Positions 57,390-64,000 of a stretch of DNA of 64,000 bases are shown here, one piece after another. The DNA lies in assembly GCA_964016885.1 (NCBI GenBank), contig OZ024740.1:315084001-315148000 (forward strand), given 5' to 3'. The notes beneath the pieces are model-generated. The model saw nothing but the letters and a program-made list of their open reading frames with translations. It did not search any database and had not been told where the DNA came from. The position numbers were made by a program, and so were the translations under genes. Source of the stretch: Eledone cirrhosa (lineage: Eukaryota). The number at the start of each line of letters is the position of its first letter. The first letter of the stretch is position 1.

Positions 57390-58142
57390 TACATTACACA
57401 CACACACGCACACACACATGCAGACAGACAGACACTCACACACACACACACACACACAAATACACACAAATGCACACAAATACACACAAATTGACACACA
57501 CAAACGCATACACATAAATACACACACACACACACATACACACATACACACATATACATACATACATACATTCATCCACACACACACGTATTTATAATGT
57601 ATTATACTGGTGCCTATTTATTTAATACTAAAAATTTCCATAAATTCTTGTTTCCTCAAGCGACACACTTTTCTTCTTTAATGAAAATACATGAAAAATA
57701 ATCTGAAATGTTGCCAAAAAGTGTTCATTTTGTTAACTGGGACGTGTACCTTACACGAATAAGTTATGCTGGATTGTAAAGGCGATAACTCGCGACAAAA
57801 AATTCCCGTTGTTTGGTAGAAAAATAGCTTCTATTTTCAAGTTTCGGATAGTTTTGCAGCATTATTCTCTTCTATATGACTCACAGAAGATGTATGGTTG
57901 GAGTATCGTTGTTTATATTTAACAATTTAACTTCCATCATGCCAATACAGTGTTTACATACGGTGTTCGATTTGGTGGAGGGAATAGAGAGGAAGATTGG
58001 TAGCAAATAGTAATAGTTAAGTATTGATTCGCTCAATACTATATCGGGCTATATATAAGTAATGAAAAATTGAACGGGAACAAAACAGAGAGGCAGTACA
58101 ACAAATGTTTATTAATTTCACGCTCTTGAGAGTGAGGTGGTG

Positions 58143-58205
<63 letters not shown>

Positions 58206-58568
58206 TAAGAAAATTAACAAAGAAAGGACAAGACACCGAACGAAAACGAAACAAAACGAAAAGTAATTTTCTAAGGTGAAATCTTAAAAAAATAATCTTT
58301 TAAAAATAAAAATACAAACGAAAGACACATAACTCTTTGGTCATCGGTCGTTGAGATAGACTTGGGAAGTTTTGACCCCTACCAACGGTACTGCTGGTCC
58401 AATCGGTGTCACAGCGTCTGACCTGACATAATTCTGACAAAGTGCCTCGTCCAATAGACAGTGATGGCCATGACTGGATCCCGAAACCAATGGTAGCACA
58501 TTGTCTAAACATTGCGCATGTTTAGACAAATCACAGAGGCAATAAACATAAATGAACTCGAACCAAAA

Positions 58569-59066
58569 TTAAATAGAAAATATGAATGGAACAGCAACAT
58601 CACAACTTACAATTAAGGACAACACACACACACATAGAACAAACAGCCAACCAGTAACATGTAAATAAACAAATAAATAAACAAATATAAACACACACAC
58701 AGACACCCGGATGTAACACATGCGTAAACTAAGCAGACAACACACACAAAAACAAGATGGCGTAGGACAGAACAAAGGAGAGGCACAAAAAGAAAAAAAG
58801 AAAAGAATCCCCAGTCAGTGAAGAGGTCACAGAATGTGTGACGAAAGAACTTTGACAATATATGAACAACCGTCCGGTTATGGAACCAACTAACCAACCG
58901 GAAATTTATAAATTCTTAAATTTATAAATTTAATTTATAATAAATTGGAGTGAAAGCAACTGGTGCGTGTGTTTCTTATTGGCAACATGACCCTCCCAAA
59001 GTATAACAATATCGGTTTCAACACACGTTTTCAGATAAAGAATCTTGCTAAACAAATTCAGAAACG

Positions 59067-59070
<4 letters not shown>
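58569..59070. repeat. Family X repeat; 58585-59010 is inverted relative to 61225-61665
   Basis: ~430 bp colinear reverse-complement match. Confidence 0.85.
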
Positions 59071-59130
<60 letters not shown>

Positions 59131-59439
59131 TCACACATCAGGTCCGCTTCTCTTATTTCAAATCTCAATGAAGATTGATTATTATGGTATTAAATTTATT
59201 TATTAACAACAATAACAACAACAACAACACCAATAACAGCCAGCTCCTGGGGTTTACTCCTCCGTCACCATCCATTTAATGTTTCACCCATTCTCTCACG
59301 TTCTTTCTGTTTGTTGTTGCTGTTGTGTATTGTTGTTTCTTCGTTGCTGCTATTATTGGCATCGTTTCTACAGCTGTAGGCCTTGTTGTTTCTGTTGTTC
59401 TCCATGTTGTTATTATTGTTGTTATTATTGTTGTTGTTT

Positions 59440-60095
59440 GTTGTAATTATTGATTTTTAATTTAGGCATAAAGCAAGCAAATTTAAGGGGGAAGGTTAAA
59501 GTTGGTTAAATCAAACCAAGAACTTGGCACTGGTACTTTATTTTATCGACTCAGGGTGGATGACAAGGAAAGTAGACCTCGGCAGGATTTGAACTTAGAT
59601 TGTAAAGATCCAGAACAAAATAATTGTTTCTACTTTTGGCACAAGGCCAGCAATTACCCAGTACATTACTGGTACTTTATTTTATCGTCCCCGTAAGGAT
59701 GAAAGGCAAAGTTAACCTCGGCGGGATTTGAACTCAGAATGGAAAGGGCCGTAACTCTATGCGTCAAAGCATGGCGTCCGACCCTCTACCGATACTGCCA
59801 ATCCACCGATCCAGAACAAAATAATGGTTTCTGATTTAGGCACAAAGACAACAATTTTGGGGTAAGGGAAAGTCGATTAAATCGATCCCAGTGTATTATT
59901 GGAGCTTTATTTTATTGACTCCGTAAGGATGAAAGGCAAAGCTAACCTCGGTGGGTTTGAACTCAGAATGTAAAGTGCCATAACTCTATGCTGCTAAGCA
60001 TGTTGTCCGACGCTCTACCGATTTTGCCAAACCACAATATCACAAAGGCATTTTATCCGGCGTTCTCGTTACCAATTCTACAAATCCACCATCCT
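59440..60095 (-). mobile_element. Cluster of three SINEs (59620-59807 and 59821-60035 nested in an older copy)
   Basis: Three cores in the same orientation; direct repeat GATCCAGAACAAAATAAT at 59607 and 59808. Confidence 0.75.
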
Positions 60096-60374
60096 TGGTA
60101 GTTGTTCTTGCTGTTGTAAACCAAGTACTGCTGTTGTTTGGTCCCAAGTTGTTATTGGTACAGCAGATATTATTAAAGACGTTCCAAACGTGACCATCCG
60201 TCTTTTGAGGAAACATCTAGAACTACACTACATATTGAGTTCATTTCTTATTTAAGATTGTAGGACATCTTTTGAAGGATATTTGACTACTGTTTTCAGC
60301 AAGTCGAGTGACCACTTTCAGGTCTCTTTAGATTCGTTGATCATGTAGCTGCTTGTTCCTATTGCTGCCATTGT

Positions 60375-60438
<64 letters not shown>

Positions 60439-60448
60439 GTTGCTGCTG

Positions 60449-60501
<53 letters not shown>

Positions 60502-60853
60502 GCTACTGGTGCTGCTGCTGCTCAAACTGCTCCTCTAAGCCACCATGGCTATAGTAACCAAAAAGATTAGGTCATGTTTGTTTCTTTCTGCTTGTTGTTA
60601 ATGCTGTTGTTGTTGTTGTTGTTGTTGTTGTCATTGTTGCTGTTGTTGTTGTTGATGGTGTTGTTAATGATGTTGTTGTTGTTGTTGTCATTGTTGCTGT
60701 TGTTGTTGTTGTTGATGGTGTTGTTAATATTGTTGTTGCTCAATGGTTTTTGTCATGTTTTTCATTTTCCTTTTATATTTATGTTTGCCTTTGCTGTTTT
60801 TTATTTTTGTTTCTTGAATCATTGCAAACATCATAAACGTTAAGTAAATAGCT

Positions 60854-61224
<371 letters not shown>

Positions 61225-61231
<7 letters not shown>

Positions 61232-61665
61232 ATACTTTGGGAGGGTCATGTTGCCAATAAGAAACACACGCACCAGTTGCTTTCACTTCAATTTATTATA
61301 AATTAAATTTATAAGTTTAGGAATTTATAAATTTCTGGTTGGTTGGTTGGTTCCACAACCAGATGATTGTTCATATATTGTCAAAGTTCTTTCGTCACAC
61401 ATTCTGTGACCTCTTCAGTGACTGGGATTCTTTTCTTTGTTTTTGTGCCTCTCCTTTGTTCTGTCCTACGCCATCTTGTTTTTGTGTGTGATGTATGCTT
61501 AGTTTGCGCATGTGTTACATCCGGGTGTCTGTGTGTGTTTATATTTGTTTATTTATTTGTTTATTTATTTGTTTATTTACATGTTACTGGTTGGTTGTTT
61601 GTTCTATGTGTGTGTGTGTTTTCATTTTGTCCTTAATTGTAATTTGTGATGTTGCTATTCCATTA
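61225..61665. repeat. Family X repeat, inverted partner of 58585-59010
   Basis: See above. Confidence 0.85.
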
Positions 61666-61682
61666 TATATATATATATATAA

Positions 61683-61866
61683 TGGTGGTGAATTGGCAGT
61701 ATCGGTAGAAGGTCGGACGCCATGCTTTCCAGCATAGTTATGTCCCTTTACGATCTGAGTTCAAATCCCGTCGAGGTTAACGTTGCCTTTCATCCTTACG
61801 GGGTCGATGAAATAAAGTACCAGTAATGCACTAGATATTTGCTGGCCTTGTGCCAAACGTAGAACC

Positions 61867-61871
<5 letters not shown>
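61683..61871 (+). mobile_element. Main-family SINE
   Basis: Head/core/tail. Confidence 0.85.
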
Positions 61872-61942
<71 letters not shown>

Positions 61943-61947
<5 letters not shown>

Positions 61948-62099
61948 AGTCGTTTGGAAGCCTCGACAATGCAAATGGATAAATCACCGGGTAACAAGAT
62001 CTTGTTACCCGGAGATTTACCCATTTGCATTGTCGAGGCTTCCAAACGACTTAAAGATATTTATTTATTATTCCACAATGCTTCAAGCAAACTTCAATA

Positions 62100-62105
<6 letters not shown>
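61943..62105. repeat. ~110-bp near-perfect palindrome with one-sided extension, in (TA)n
   Basis: TTTAAGTCGTTTGGAAGCC..AACAAGA|TCTTGTT..GGCTTCCAAACGACTTAAA. Confidence 0.85.
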
Positions 62106-62194
<89 letters not shown>

Positions 62195-62535
62195 ATATAT
62201 ATAATATATAGTATATATATATATATATACATATATATAATATAATATATATAATATAATATATATAATATATAGTATATATATATATACATATATATAT
62301 ATTATATATATATATATAGATAATATAAGTATGTACACGTACATACATATATGTATACAGACGTACAGTAGTATGTATATATATATATACATATATGCAC
62401 ACATATATATATATATATACGTATGGATTTACCGAACATTTATTATAATGCTCGGTGTGAGTAACAGCCGTACTAAGAGTGGGAAATGAAATTTCGTTTC
62501 ATTTTTTCCGTTTATATATATAATATAATATATAT

Positions 62536-62576
<41 letters not shown>

Positions 62577-62598
62577 ATATAATATATATAATATATAG

Positions 62599-62633
<35 letters not shown>

Positions 62634-62662
62634 GTATATATAATATATATATATATATAATA

Positions 62663-62784
<122 letters not shown>

Positions 62785-62787
62785 ATA

Positions 62788-63000
62788 TATGAAAGACGTA
62801 AAATAAGAAAATTTTAAAAATTAAAAATTAACTTACTTACTAAAATTTTAGTAAATTTTAGTAAGTAAGTTAATTTTAGTAAGTAAGTTAATTTTAGTAA
62901 GTAAGTTAATTTTTAATTTTTAAAATTTTCTTATTTTACGTCTTTCATATAATTGTTCTGCATCCCCCTGCATAGAACCACAAAGGTACTAAGACATAAT
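62788..63000. mobile_element. Head-to-head insert in (TA)n with right-side tail
   Basis: Arms ~62788-62848 and ~62893-62951; junction repeats AATTTTAGTAAGTAAGTT three times. Confidence 0.75.
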
Positions 63001-63062
63001 ATATATATTTGCCAGCATGGGTATACATCTGTATACATATGTTGGTAGATATACTAATTCTC

Positions 63063-63095
<33 letters not shown>

Positions 63096-63136
63096 ATATA
63101 ATATAAGATCAAAAGATGGTTAAAGGAGTTCCATAT

Positions 63137-63205
63137 ATTTTATTATGCGCATTTCAAAAACAAACATCATCAAGCAATAATATTTGTGTTTTCATCAGAT
63201 AAAAC
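63137..63205 (-). ncRNA. Minimal hammerhead ribozyme
   Basis: Reverse-complement twin of 63347-63415. Confidence 0.85.
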
Positions 63206-63346
63206 AGGAGAACATGATATGAAGGCTAAAAAACACTTGTGGATAGTGCAGTTTTAAATCAACATATATCAGTTTTAAATCAACATATGTTGATTTAAAA
63301 CTGCACTATCCACAAGTGTTTTTTAGCCTTCATATCATGTTCTCCT

Positions 63347-63415
63347 GTTTTATCTGATGAAAACAGAAATATTATTGCTTGATGATGTTTGTTTTTGAAA
63401 TGCGCATAATAAAAT
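63347..63415 (+). ncRNA. Minimal hammerhead ribozyme
   Basis: GTTTTAT-CTGATGA-AAACA..TGTTTTT-GAAA-TGCGCA-TA-ATAAAAT; palindromic stem III. Confidence 0.85.
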
Positions 63416-63537
63416 ATATGGAACTCCTTTAACCATCTTTTGATCTTATATTATGCATACTCCAGTCCCACAAACTGTAGAGTGCTTCTTATCCGATATC
63501 TGCATTGCTTTATTGTAATACAATAAAACTCACCTCC

Positions 63538-63672
<135 letters not shown>

Positions 63673-63693
63673 TATATATATAATATATATATA

Positions 63694-63750
<57 letters not shown>

Positions 63751-63810
63751 TATATATAGATATATATATAGATATATAGATATATATATATAGATATATA
63801 TATATAATAT

Positions 63811-63852
<42 letters not shown>

Positions 63853-63957
63853 ATTATATATATAGAAGCTCCTTCTATAAAATAAAAAAATTTTACTCTG
63901 CCATGTATTGAGTACCTTACTTACTGTGGTTATCCGCGACTCAACCCGGGAACTACG

Positions 63958-64000
<43 letters not shown>

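Overview
Repeat-saturated, AT-rich animal genomic DNA. The SINE types and the density of (TA)n, (CA)n and (CATA)n tracts suggest an octopod cephalopod (inference only). The one convincing host gene is a large first coding exon of a secreted group III (bee-venom-type) phospholipase A2 (15556-16892, +); I could not find its next exon, so the rest of the window may be intron. Mobile content includes: a near-full-length decayed R4/Dong-type RLE LINE; a second RLE family, both inserted in (CATA)n; CRE and RTE LINE 3' ends; many tRNA-derived SINEs; MITEs; and a 5'-truncated Penelope-like element (PLE; RT C-terminus plus GIY-YIG). The main hunt result is about ten short, mostly mutually unrelated inserts in (TA)n tracts that share one architecture: two 5'-truncated PLE 3' ends joined head-to-head, usually with a whole or partial minimal hammerhead ribozyme. 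One arm carries an extra tail holding a covarying bulged hairpin (RYTC-stem-TH-GARY). In 9 inverted pairs the other arm stops about 2-5 nt before that hairpin, which points to a shared RNA signal for internal initiation of reverse transcription. Coordinates were read by eye and element ends are approximate. Most ORFs in the track are microsatellite artefacts.
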